Shown here: piece after piece, positions 25,601-39,037 of the stretch | Layout of the letters: each line of letters opens with the position of its first letter | Position numbering within the stretch: the stretch's first letter is position 1 | NCBI GenBank assembly: GCA_964035545.1 | Contig: OZ037767.1 | Span: 4,604,707 to 4,668,706, forward strand | DNA from: Bugula neritina | Lineage: Eukaryota; Animalia; Bryozoa | Reading direction: 5' to 3' | DNA length: 64,000 nt | Program-made: the position numbers and the translations under genes | The notes under the pieces: model-generated | Seen by the model: only the letters and a program-made list of their open reading frames with translations | Told to the model about the DNA's origin: nothing | The model's database searches: none

Positions 25601-28600
25601 AATATATTACTATATAGAAATATATTACTATACAGAAACATATTACTATATAGAAATATATTACTATACAGAAATATATTTCTGTATAGTAATATATTAC
25701 TATACAGAAATATATTACTATATAGTAATATATTACTATACAGAAATATATTACTATATAGAAACATATTACTATACAGAAATATATTTCTGTATAGTAA
25801 TATATTACTATATAGATATATATTACTATATAGTAATATAGTAATATATTACTATATTACTATATAGTAATATATTTCTGTATAGTAATATATTACTATA
25901 CAGAAATATATTACTATATAGTAATATATTACTATACAGAAATATATTACTATATAGTAATATATTACTATACAGAAATATATTACTATATAGAAACATA
26001 TTACTATACAGAAATATATTTCTGTATAGTAATATATTACTATATAGATATATATTACTATATGGAGTACAAACCCTGCTCAATGGTTCCTTTGCTGTCA
26101 GCAAGTAAACCCTCAAGAGAGTAGGTAACCATGTCTGAGTCAGTATGAAGTAGGAGGTCAATGGAGTACGTAGACAGACTCTGGGTTAAGCCGCGAGAAC
26201 ACAGATAGCAGAAGAAGGTAGTTTTGAAAGGAGTTATCTCTATAATCTGCAGCTGCTGGGGGTCAGTCTACAAGAGGGGAAATACTTGTGCTGCAGATAC
26301 TACTTTTGGTAGTACTTACTGTATACTCTGTAATACTTACTGTATACTCTGTAGTACTTACTGTAGTGCTTACTGTAGTACTGTAGTACTTACCGTATAC
26401 TCTGTAGTACTTACTGTAATGCTTATTGTGATAAATAATACAGTTAGTAGTACATTTCGAAAAGATTAAAACACTTAAAAAATTAGAAAATTAGTTACCA
26501 ATAAATAGGGTTTTTGGTGAGAAAAAAAGCTTTATAGAATAACTGAATGCAAAATCATCGCTAAATGTATAGCAATAAAATAATTAAATACTCAATCATT
26601 AAGTCTTAAGTAATTGCTAGAATTAGCTGCACAGAAATTTGGGCTGAAATGCAGCAGCAGCAGGAGTTTGGTCAAACTTGTGGAGATGTGCGTTTTACAA
26701 GTAAAAATCAAACTTTTAAATGTTTTGCTTTTAATGTACTAAATTGAATGCTAAGGTTTGCTACATCTATCTGTTGCTTTCAAGTTAATTTTTGAGAGTT
26801 ATTTTAAATGTTGTGATAGTGGAGGACTCATGCTAGCTCATAACGATAAAATTAAAATAATTAAAACAGTGCTTCAGGTTCATACAAGAAAGCTGAAAAC
26901 TTTAAACTATGAAATTTTTTAGAAAAATATTAACTTGTAAGACGCAGCGTTGATAGTTGGTAGTGCAGAAGCTTTATCTGTTAAAAAAGGACTGCAGAAA
27001 AACTATCTCATAAACAGCATACTATGTAAGCCAACACATACAGCACGAGTTGATAACTCTAAAACAAAAATACTAACTTCACAGTAGGGTAGTGTTTTTG
27101 CTAGTTACAAGAAAAGATAACTCCTTCCATTTAATAAAACTAGGCAATTGCTGCTGCAAACAGGGAAGGGGGAATATATTTTGTACAACAAAAATTCATA
27201 ATTCTAAATAATCTTGAATCAGTGAAAAACAATTTCAATATCGATTATTTATCACTGATTGTTGCTAATATTAGTCATCCTTATTAGTCTATCTGTTTAA
27301 TGTTTATTATTAATGCTATTATTAGATACTAAGTTCCTACTGTATTGGCAACAGAAATACGTACTTCATTAACCAACCACACTTCATCATCCCTGAAGTC
27401 CCAGACCGGTTTCCAGCTGTTGTTCAACCTCATGAGAGAGTAGTTCATGTTCAGGTAGCTCTGTGGGTAGACCACTGTGGGAGAGGCTGAGGACTCTGCC
27501 GTATTTACTGACACTACATCAATACACCAGCAGTAGTTTTACATCAATATGAATACAACATTAGCAATATACCACCATCTACCAGCATTTCCTTAAACCT
27601 TTATCAAATATGTTAAATATTATTTATATGTTAAAAGATCACCAAAGGGAGCAACAGTGCTTGCCTAGTAAACACAAAGTCATGGGTTCGAACCCGACAA
27701 AGGCCATTGGTGATGTTAGGAAGAGAATTCAGTCATAATTGCTCCTGCGCCCCATCTGAATAAGTCCTTAGCCTGATTTAACAAAAACCCTTTCCATCGG
27801 AGTTTTCTCACAGAGATGGCGACTATAAACTTTTGTGAGTTAGAGTTAAAGAGACCACCAATTCCCCAAACAGCGCTGCTGTGGTACCTCCACCTATTAG
27901 CCACCTATACATGGAAACACCTGCTTATTGTCTGGCAACAATAGTTAATGCCCGAAATGGAGAATGGTCAGTTACAACACGATGGATAAACATGAGCCAA
28001 TACAGGCTCAAGATGGAGAGATGAAATGGAAAAGTGAGATGGATACTGTAGGAAGGCCCCATGGCACGACAGCACAGCAGCGCCAACAGCTAATACAATA
28101 CATAAAGTATGGCAGCCAACTAAAACCCAACATAAACAGAGAGAATTGGAGAGAATACTTACAAAAATCAGACATTCCTACATCTAGACAATAAAAGTTA
28201 ATTGACAAAGGATTAAAAATTGAAGCAATATATTGTACAGTTATTATATATAATTTGATAATTATATATATGACATATAATTATATATAATATGGCATAC
28301 AACTAGTATATACATGTATAATATGGCATACAGATAGTATATATATATGTATAATGTGACATACATATATTATATATAATATGACATACAGATAGTATAT
28401 ATAATGTGACATACAGATAGTATATATAATGTGACATACAGATAGTATACATAATGTGACATACAGATAGTATATATAATGTGACATACAGATATTATAT
28501 ATAATGTGACATACAGATAGTATATATAATGTGACATACAGATATTATATATAATGTGACATACAGATAGTATATATAATGTGACATACAGATAGTATAT

Positions 28601-31600
28601 ATAATGTGACATACAGATATTATATATAATGTGACATACAGATATTATATATAATGTGACATACAGATAGTATATATAATGTGACATACAGATATTATAT
28701 ATATTGTGACATACAGATATTATATATACTGTGACATACAGATAGTATATATAATGTGACATACAGATAGTATATATAATGTGACATACAGATAGTATAT
28801 ATAGTGTGACATACAGATAGTATATATAATGTGACATACAGATAGTATATATAATGTGACATACAGATAGTATATATAATGTGACATACAGATAGTATAC
28901 AGACATATAAACATCATATAAAAGTTACCGGAGACTCGGAGCGATGCAGGCAGCATTTCACTGGACTGTGGCACCTCAACAACAGTAATGTTAGCTTCAG
29001 TACCAATGGCAGCATTTGGCCACTGGATGGGTATCAAACCCACCCCTGTTTCCTGATGGTAAACATTCAGCTGGTAGGCGTGGCTGCCTTTTTCTACCCC
29101 AGCACCAGGAATAGAGTCCACTGTTACATTGTACAGGCAGTTGTAGTGTGGATTATTCTTGACCTTAATGTAACTAGAAACAAAAATACAGAACAAAAGT
29201 TGTAAATCTGCTATAAAACTGTCTTGAAGTTCTCCTGTGCTATTATGTAACGCACAGTCTTGCATATCAGGAACAGTATAGTTGGGTTAAAAGTAGTGGC
29301 AAATAAAGTTAGTGGCTAGCCAAGTCAGGTCATGAACAAAAGATATCAAGTCGAATTTCAATCAGGTTAAGTAATGACTTGAGTTAACCTGGCCCTTGAG
29401 TCAAATTATCTTTGAAATGAGACCAATATTTTATTATTACCAAATGACAATATTATTGTATTGTAAAATTTGAGTAATGTTTCACTACAATCCATGCACC
29501 AACACCTACCCTAACAGGACAAAGCGGAGAGAGGTGAGAAAAGAGAAAAAATACACCACATGTCTCCATCAACACTGAAATTGCAGGTAGTTGATTCTTC
29601 AATTCACTTTAAATAATTTTCACTAACGAACTACCGAATTTTGCAACTAGTCAAGGACTGAACTGGTTACTAGAAACATAAAAATGTTCATCTGGCTGGT
29701 TTAGCACTCAAAGGTCATTTTCATGATTCATGTTATTCTTGCCTAAATACAACCCACACATTTTGTCCTTTATTGCAGTTCTCAATGTTACTATTTCAAA
29801 CTAACAATTTAGCTTCAGATTATAAACTACTAGACATAACACCGGGTGTTCATGTAAGATCTCAAAAACTTCATTACTAAACATCATTCTGGCGACTAGG
29901 AGTTATTTTCATAATAAAATTGATTCACAGTGAACTCTAACTACTAGTGACACAGGAATCCAGTCACTACCAGAAGGTAATCAACAGAAGTCAATGCACC
30001 CTTACAAGTTTATTTTCACTCAACTAATTCCTAAAACTTGAGGCAGAAACAGGAGGTATCAGTAGCCATCTGATGACAAAATTTGTTGGTTTCAAAATCA
30101 TATTTTTTGCCAAATGGTTGTTCAGATTGATTGACCTTTGTAACTATACACTTGAGACAGAAAAACTCTGTAAAGTCTAAATACTTAAAGCTCTACAAAT
30201 AGTCTGGTATGAGCTAATGGAAAGATCTAAGTCTATTTTGTGTACTACTAGCTAACCAGTAGGAAATATCTTCTTTAACAGTGAAAAAGCTCCCTTTGGA
30301 CTGTGAATGTTTGTACATAATAAAAGCCAGTTCACTGATAGTTTTGATAGTAAATAGATGAGTTAGCACTTGAAGGAAGTTGGTAAGATTAATCAGTCAT
30401 TAACTGAATCATCCTGGAATACTCAATATACTGATTCTTACAGTTGTCGGCCCATGTTATTTTTTATTTTGTTGGACAGGAGCAAAAGCTCTTTTTTCTT
30501 GTAAGTAGAATCACATTAATGTTTGCCTCTAACATTATATACAATGCCAACGTTTACTAAATGAAACTCAGCGTTAATCTTCCAAGAGCAAATATCTACA
30601 TCATCATAATATCCTCCCATCTTGTTGCAAAGTGTACTGGGGGAGGGGGGAGGGATTAATAGCAATTTACATGAACTTCCTCAAGAATCAAAATTAAGAA
30701 TGCCAGGTCTACAAAAGTTATTGCTACACAGTAAAGTGATCAAATTAGGCTGACAAGCAAACGTAGTTGGTTACTCCTGAAATTAGTAGCACACAAACTC
30801 CTAGTGCACTAGTAGGTCAGTCATGTGATATAGAACTGAACAGGAAGCATTGGGCTGATCACGTATGAAAGTCCAGATTATTGATTTACATGTCATAATA
30901 TTAGAGTAGATTATGTAAGAGTGAAATTATTTTCAGATTTTATTCTGCACTGAATAAGATTTGACCTTCACAGATTTCACACAGCAAGTTGACACAAGGT
31001 CTGCAGCTGTTATCAAACTGCTGGTCTCCAGGTGTACACTGACACCTTATCACAGGCACCTTATGGCAGTCACATGGTCTACATTAGTCAGCATCTCCAA
31101 ACCTTCAATAATGTGTATGTATAACTACCAGATGCAAGGAAGCAGGGATAGTGACTTGAAAAGTTTTTGAAACTCTTTATAGAAACAGTTTTTTTATAAG
31201 GAACGGCATATACAAATTGCATAGCACATTTGTTCCATAGCTAGGGGACTCACTTCAAATAAACAACACAAAGTAGGATGTTTTCTGTAAGATAAGGTGA
31301 ATGGCTTTATAAAGACATTCACCAGTGTAGATATAACCACTTTCAACTCACGTTCCACTAAAATCGAGATAAGAAACTTTCCACTGCTTAAAATAAACTA
31401 TATCTTAAACTTTAGAATAAAGTGTGGGTTAGCCTGTGAAAAAGATTAGGGAGTTCTCAATGTATGGAACGGAAACCACACGCTCCTTAGTACTTTAGTG
31501 TTAGTACTTGTGAGGCTTCATGGTATTGGATTACTTACTTTAAAAACAAGTAGTAGGCGTGTGAATAAATATAAAGAAATATACAATAACAGAGCCTTGG

Positions 31601-33655
31601 GGCTGCACGAAATACAAGCATGTAGTTGCACTGAGCAGGCCAATTTCAACACTCCATTTGCAAAAGGGTAAGCAACCGGCATAGTTCCAATAGGCCATTA
31701 ATATTTCATATTGCGCAATACTACACCAAGTGAAAATAGAGTTTATAGTAGGCAAGTTGCTATGTCAACTCACAGTGAATTAATAATGCTAATTACTGAA
31801 ACCACTGAGACAAGGTGTTGAATACTAGGCAGAGCTAGTACTGTCTTGACTATTTAGTAGGAATGCTACTAGCTACTACTTGCGTGAGAGTTACTAGCTA
31901 GCTTCTACCAAATAGCAGATAATGGTGATGCAGCCATTATTTCCCTTTACACCAACCTTAATGTAGGGAATTCTACTTTTGAAGAGCTCGATTTAGCTGC
32001 TTTTTCACAGCAATACTTCGAGATTATTTTTTAGGCCTGACTATCTTACATGCAATCTTTTTGTACCCTCCCAACTAAAGAGCTAGGTTGCTTAGTCTCT
32101 ACTTCAGCTTTCACCCAGCTATTACCAACAAGCGGGTAGATAACCCTGTGATTCTCGGCTAATTGAGAACAAAAAAAAGTTAAAACAAAAGTATTACTTA
32201 TAAAAGATTCCAGAAACATTCAGAATCCTGGTTTGGTATAAATACCATAGAGATTAGTATTGAGAAGGCAGATCAGTATGACTAAGGTCACAGTGGGGTC
32301 ACCATAGCTAGATCTCACTTGACAGCCAACCACACTTAACCCTGCACGAAGATTTGGGAATGGCTACTAATGTGAACTCTGATTTAGCAAACTCTGAAAG
32401 TGTTGGAATCTCGCTCATGACAAGCAACTTGCGCTCATGATTTATACTTCACTTCTGCAAGTCAAGACCTGTCCTTACAAGTGGTAAAACTGATAGCCTT
32501 CATAAATCACCAACTGCCAGGTTTGTATTATAATGTTAGGCGAGACAGTTTTTTTAATACAGGCCAAAACACAAATCAGTTTAAGCATTACACGGGCGTA
32601 GGACTGTATATTGTCATATTGTAATGATACCTATTGTTGTTGATTACTGTGTCATACGGTTAATAAAAGAGAAGTTTGCCCAACAACAGTCTAGGGTCCA
32701 AAGGTTAACGTTGTAAACCGCGGCTATCAATCAACTTCACCTAACACACTCTGTGAACATCGCAACGCCAGCTGAAAGTCGAGTCACCAATTTTCGGATG
32801 TTAATATATTCAGTTTTCGTAGAACGCCTCATGCCGGCATAGCAGTCAAACTTAGTAATGCTGCTGAATAATATGAATATATTATACAGACGGTGGAACT
32901 TAGCAACTCGGCTTGCTGCTGATTGCACATACTGTGACAATATTGGCACGTTCTGGTAGAAAATTAACTGCTATTGTGACAAGCATGCTCTTAGATAACA
33001 CGCACACACAGCTGTAGTATAATTGAAATTGTAGGGTGCAAGAATGCTGGCAAATGAATTACATATGTAACTGAAAGAACGTGTATCCAGGGATGACCAC
33101 CAGATTCATTTTTGAATATTTGTTAAGCTGGAGGTTGACCTTAGACCACAGCAGAATAATTTATTATAATAAAACGGCTTAGAGTTAGTATAAAGTCATA
33201 TCTGGAGAAATTCTAAGGGGTGGTTCCCAAATAAAACAGGATTATCGCCTACTAAGCCCACGCTAATATTTTAGCTAATGCTGGACAGACTCAGCTGCAT
33301 TAAGCAAACCTTCAGAAATCATTCATAGCCAGTGGTTTCTGGTTCTCATTGCCCACAACAGCTGAGAATTCACCTCTTGCCAAAAGAAAAACCAGTGGCT
33401 AGATTTTTTCTAAAACTAGTTTTGCTTTTCCATTACAACTACAGCTGCACTGTTTGCTGTTTTCATGTCAAACTGAGTAAACTATAGAGAAAGAAGTTGT
33501 ACTTGTTCATGAACTGACCTGGCATTCAAAGCTTTGCTTTCCAGGTGTATGAGGGTGATTTGGAGCCTCGATTTGGTGTTCTCCCAGGACTGCGTCTGAG
33601 CCCAGCAGACGGTAAGAGACAGAAAGAAGCAGAAGAGATTCTTTATATTCGCCAT
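13678..33655 (-). CDS. Large single-pass type I membrane protein with divergent lamin-tail-domain-like repeats (20+ exons)
   Basis: Signal peptide MANIKNLFCFFLSLTVCWA (33655-33519) splices in phase to 29173-28929. Repeat motifs: VYINEIH..WVEIIGP, VRINEINANTIGFEDIGEYVELKGP, GYF/GFF, AVAL..IVDAVVY, ISRC..N.C. TM exon ~14080-13975 (GALTAGIVVASLVVVVLIVVIAIVIRRRQKR). Tail FSNPWY..YQKL, stop at 13678. Confidence 0.8.
19575..19700. repeat. Degenerate pentanucleotide (AATAC/AATGC/AGTAC) repeat, intronic
   Basis: 5-bp periodicity next to an exon acceptor. Confidence 0.7.
21895..22456. repeat. 22-bp minisatellite (TAGGAATACTTAGTTTCATATC)n, ~25 copies, intronic
   Basis: Direct tandem repeats with recurring variant units (TTGTTCAAC, TAAG, TTTT); no spacers. 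Confidence 0.97.
25082..25178. repeat. 23-bp tandem repeat (GGTGAGTAGAATACACAGGCTAA) x4 abutting an acceptor
   Basis: Four near-identical copies immediately upstream (minus-strand sense) of the exon starting near 25072. Confidence 0.95.
25370..26062. repeat. AT-rich ~18-bp minisatellite (ATATATTACTATACAGAA-type)
   Basis: 6-aa periodic spurious ORFs (LYSNIF/LYSNIL). Confidence 0.95.
26305..26420. repeat. Degenerate ~21-bp repeat (TACTTACTGTATACTCTGTAG)
   Basis: Several adjacent copies. Confidence 0.8.
27647..28200 (+). mobile_element. tRNA-derived SINE with central conserved domain and probable RTE-LINE-derived tail (degenerate)
   Basis: B-box GGTTCGAACCC (~27685); core GGCCATTGGTGATGTTAGGAAG..GTCATAATT shared with copies at ~40180 and ~45455; tail translates to GRP...RENWR, like RTE-clade RT C-termini. 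Confidence 0.65.
28265..28908. repeat. 25-bp minisatellite (GATAGTATATATAATGTGACATACA)n, >20 copies
   Basis: Tandem copies; the spurious ORF has a 25-aa (75-nt) period. Confidence 0.97.
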
Positions 33656-35704
33656 CTTTAATACTGAAGCTTCTATGACATTCTACAGAACAGTTTCTTG
33701 CTTTAGCCTATACATAAATTAAATCTCTTTCCCAAAACTAGCATTCGAATAATTCGGAAAAGTCAAAGTTATTATTTTAATGAATAAGGCTGTTTAATTT
33801 CATAATAAGTAATGAAATAAGTTAACTTCAACAGAAAGGTATACCATCAGGTCTGGTAAGCCAGCCCTCAGATCTCTATTTTAATGAAAACCGACACAAA
33901 TACATGAGTTTGGCAATATTAGAATTAATTAATAAAATCTCAGGTTTAACCCGCACTGAATATAGTCTAAAACTTGAGCAATACCACAATTTTACATATA
34001 TGTGCATTTTGCAGGTATAATTTGCAAACAATCAATTAGCTGAAAGTTATACACCCTATATATGATCCTATATGTGAAGCATTCTATATATGAAGCCTTA
34101 ATTTATTTTATTTTGGTTTATTTCAGCATATAAGAAACGAACATCACCAATAACACTTAGAAGCCTCCAATGCAACAGCTGCAACTGAAGTTACTATGCT
34201 GACAATATAGTAAGTAAAATCAATAGGGTTGTTATTGATTAACACTATTGTTATGTTATGATCAACTATTGACTGTTTTGCAGCTCATCATAGAAAAAAA
34301 ACTGTCAGTGCAGCAAGATTCCTACAACTCAACATATCATCACCTTCTCATCTTTTATGATTAATAAAAAGATGCAGGTTGTGTAACTACATTCATTTTT
34401 ACCCATGCACAACATAAATGTACCCAGTGCATTTTTAGAATTTAAAATATAGTATGTACAAAGTCTATATTCTGAAGAATAAAATATGATGGTGTACAAG
34501 TTGTCACTTTTGCTTTCCCTAAACACCTAAAATACTGCCTTCTAAACTGTTGAGATTAAAAGTTTTAGAGTACACAGTTATAAATCATTCTCTATCAAAT
34601 ATTTGTACCTGTGAAGAATCATACCCTAGATTTAACTTAGAGCTACTCATCGTGATTCAGTCATAAGCCTATGGCCCCTACGTTTTGATCTATCACAAAG
34701 TATTTGAATTGAAATATATGTAAATTTTCAACAAACTCAATGAAACGTTTACTTCTCTAAATAAGCATCATGACTTTAAAGCAAACATTGTGACCAAGAA
34801 AATGTACCATGATCTATTGGCCACTACTATTCGAAATTTTTTCCTAATTCATGACAGGCTACTAGTCAGAACCTTCAGGTATGTTGCAACTATATTCGAA
34901 AATTATTAGGTGAGAAAATTAAATTTAGTATTTTGACAGCCACATTTGACTTCAAAGACCAATGTACAACTGACACCTCGTGCCAATAGCAATGCTGGTA
35001 GGAGAAAATACCATTTAATATTTCATTTAAATTCTATACACCATTTTTAATCTAACACTCAGTTACTTTTAGTAAACTTAAAGTGATGAATGTAGAGCTA
35101 AATGATATGTAATAATATTCAAACTTGAACGTCAATATGGATATCACAATAACCATAACTAATAACACATTTTATCTAATGTGAGAGTAACTTATATGGT
35201 TATGCCGATAGCAAATCAGTATTACTAAAACAAATTATCAATGAGTAATGAATAATGAGTAATGGTGATTATAATTATCACAATGCTAATGTGAAACCGG
35301 AGGTAACTTGCTAGTTACAATCACTGTGACTATGTAATTGGATCGCTTATCATTTATGTCTTTTACTTATAGCTTAATTTACTCTTACTCTTAGAGCTAT
35401 AATATCAATTAATATCAACAGTTATTAATAAATATTACTATAGAATAACTATAAATATTAAATAAGCAATAGCAAATAGTCTATAACGTTATGATTAACT
35501 ACAGCTATAACTGAGTATAACTATAAGACCACAAGTATGAATCATACTAAAAAGCAAAAGTAAGTGGAAAATAAAAATAACTAAGTTTAATGTAATACTA
35601 ATAGTAATAGTAATACTAATACTCATACTGACTATTAATATAATTATAAGTTATACTAGTATTAGTGTTGCTATTACTATTAGTATTACCATTAGTGTTA
35701 CTAT

Positions 35705-36932
35705 TACTTACTTCTTCGATACTTCGACTTTAGCACACGCTAGATCACCATAAGGCGCAAGAGGCGTGCCTCAGCAGCTTGTTACAATACATTTGACATA
35801 GAATTATAACTGTATTTGCATACATTATGCATTTTAAATTTGGCAATTGTAGTACCTTTCAGGTTATCATTTATCAAGTATTTGGGGAGTTCCAATTCTT
35901 AGGTCTCTAATAGTGCGCGGTAGGAAGCTGTTATGATATGCTGTGCACATGGCAGATATCGCAGTTGGTATTCCGTTAGAGGCAGCCCTCGTGGTAACGG
36001 TAGCGGTTGATTTGTCCCTTGTCAGTTCAGTGTAGCTGGAAGATAATGCCTGATGACATTCTTCTTTGGACAGGATCTTCAAAAGGAGGGTTATTCGTAG
36101 GCTTTTGCGACGATCTTCCAGTGATGATATGTTGAGTTGTTCTCTTGCATCACTGATGCTAGCCTCCCGGCCTTTGAGACAGCAGATGAATCTAATAGCT
36201 CGGTTCTGGACTAACTCAATTTCTTTCACAAGTTGCTTTGTTACAGGATCCCAAGTGGTTGCAGCGTATTCTAGTATAGGTCTGCAGAGAGTCATATATG
36301 CCAGCAGCTTTGCTTTCTTGGGAGCTCCATAGAGGGATAGCTTTAGCATGCCAAGAACCTTGTATGCTTTGTTTATTTTCTTAGTTATGTGGCTGTGAAA
36401 CTTGAGGTTAGATTGTAGTGTAACTCCAAGGTAGGTAATCTCATCTACGTAGGGCAATGTTTCTCCCCCTAGTCGATATGATGGTAGAATTTGGGGATCT
36501 TTGCCAAATGACATGATTCGGCATTTTGAGGAGTTGAACGGCATCTTCCACTTCAGAGACCAATTCTCAATCTGTTCAATATTCTTTTGGAATTTTCGGA
36601 CATCATCTAGGGAGTCCACCTCTTGAAAAATCAGTGTGTCATCAGCAAATAAACTGACACTGCAACTTAGTAGATCAGGGAGATCATTGATGTAAAGAAG
36701 GAATAGGGTGGGCCCCAGGACAGAGCCCTGTGGAACGCCAGAAAAGACTGGTAATCTACCAGAAGAGTGGCCATCTATGATTACTTGCTGCTCTCGCTTT
36801 GTCAAAAAATTCTGGAGCCATCGGAGTATGTGAGGATTAATTCCATCAACGACGCTTAACTTATGTATGAGTAGCTTGTGGGGGACTTTGTCGAAGGCCT
36901 TCTGGAAGTCGAGGACAAGAGTATGAGCATGA
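35705..36932 (-). mobile_element. 5'-truncated non-LTR retrotransposon (CR1/Jockey-group-like) reverse transcriptase; open frame ~36930-35867
   Basis: LDFQKAFDKVPH, GVPQGSVLGPTLFLLYINDLP, LFADD, YLGV, RPILEYA..WDP, VQNRA motifs uninterrupted to the stop at 35867; short 3' UTR ending in GAAGAAGTAAGTAA; no endonuclease region. Confidence 0.93.
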
Positions 36933-39037
36933 GTATTAGTAAAATAGTATTATGAGTATAACTATAAGTATAACTATAAACTATAAAGTATAAGTATAAC
37001 ATTAACAATAACTATAAGTCAAAAACATTATGAATATGATCATAATTATCATTGTGATTGTTGTCAAAGTTACAACCACGATGAGTATGACAATGTGAGT
37101 GTGTGTTTATGTTACCTTACTGATAGTTATTACACTGACAGTTATTTACACTTTAACTTACACTTACAGTATGAGTACGAGTATTAAATTTAATATTAAT
37201 AATAATATGTCTAATAATCTAATTCTATGGGCTATGAGTATCACATTCTGATTCTGATTCTCATTTAGATAGTAATTGAAATTCACTGCTAATAGTAACA
37301 GTAATACTATTGTTATGACTATGAGTATGAACTCAGTATGAGTATGTCAAACTGAAACTGAAACTCAGTCAAAGTGAATCAAAATGAGAATGTCTCACTC
37401 AGTCACTATAAGTATAAGTTAAAGTATAAGTATTAGTATAAGTATAACTATATGTGATACTTCAAATTATACTTCATCTTTATCTTATAGTTAAAATAAA
37501 ATCGAAATATGTGCTTTGCTGGTAATGGCATAATTATATGCAATTCAAATGTTGTGTTGTATTTTAATTAAAATTACTTTCCAAGTGTCACTCGTGCTGC
37601 TTGCAAGTGTACTTGGAGCTGGTATGCTTGCTCTTTAACCAGGCTCGTGGTAATCGCTATTGAACTTGAAGACTCGACCAACCAACATGCATTAACAGCT
37701 TAGACCGGGAACTATGAAACCACCGTGCAGTGTGTTGGATTGCGGTGGAAAAATTCAACAAAACAATGCCCATTTGTAGCGACTTGAAAACAGAGTTATC
37801 TCCTTAATACTGATTCCTTGCGATCAGATTTTGTAGCTTTGTAGCACGGCTGGCTAAAATAATATCGACTCAACTAATTTTTATTAATTCAGAAGTTCCG
37901 CTTTTTTGTCGAGAACGACTACTTTCATTTTAATTTTTATAGTTGTACGTAATTCTAATTAATGCATTTGCTTATTATTAAACTATTGTAATTGTTTCTT
38001 GGTTTTCTATAATTGGTTTTCTTGCACGGGTTTTATGGATTTTTAAGTTTTAGAAATAAACCCATATAAATATTTATATTATAACTCAATCTAAATGTTA
38101 GTAAATATTACTTTATAAGTTTATTAATTTATTAATAATTAATAATAAGTAAAAACATAATATTAATAATATTATCAATAATTATGTTTTTAATCTACAG
38201 GAAAACCAAACGTAACGCTGATAGTGATAGTTAACCGTTAATGTTATAGTTGTGCTAATACTAATAGTGGCTGTAATACTAATACTAATAGTAATAGTAA
38301 TAGTAATAGCCTAATGCTTGGTCTTTTAGTTTTAGGTATAGCTCTAGTCAAAATGATTTTAAGTACTAGTAGTAGTAGTAATCTATTTTACCTAATCCTA
38401 TTTGTAATACCCATACTGTATTACAGTAATAGTATTAGTATCACTAAATCTAATACTTATAGCGATGATATTATAATTACTATCAGTATACAACAGTAAA
38501 TAAAGTTCTGTTAACTGTTTTTCAATTCAATTTTCTAGAAAATGAGCACATGAATTTGAAATTTTGGAATAATTATTCATGTGGAATAATATAATACTAT
38601 TTATATTATGTTTATATCTATAAAAATTATCATTGAATTATTTTACATTTTATGTTCAGTCAACCATAAAAATAATGAATTTCGATTTACGGTTGAGTTA
38701 CCTAAAATAATATTACAGTAACAATTAACCTGATGCAGTAAATCATGTTTAAGTTTATGGTTTATCTGTTTTTAATTGATTGATCACTAGTACGTTTACT
38801 TGACCCAGCACATCAATTATTTCTATTTCTATCACCATTGTGCAATTACCGTCGTTATTCAATGTTATTTAGGAAATTTTTGATGAATGAGTCACATTTT
38901 ATTACCATATTTATTATGCTTGTAAAATTATATTTATAAATTAATTTTAATGCAAATTGGCTTCTAGACCACATTTATTTAATATTTTTTGTAGCACAAA
39001 TTCAAATTGAATGTGAGCACTGACCACGGCAATCACA

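Noticed and set aside
29180-33500. Nested gene in the 4.3-kb intron, including ORF 32737..32949
   Set aside because: The flanking exons join directly in phase 2; the candidate internal exon has stops in the required frame, and I could build no exon chain on either strand.
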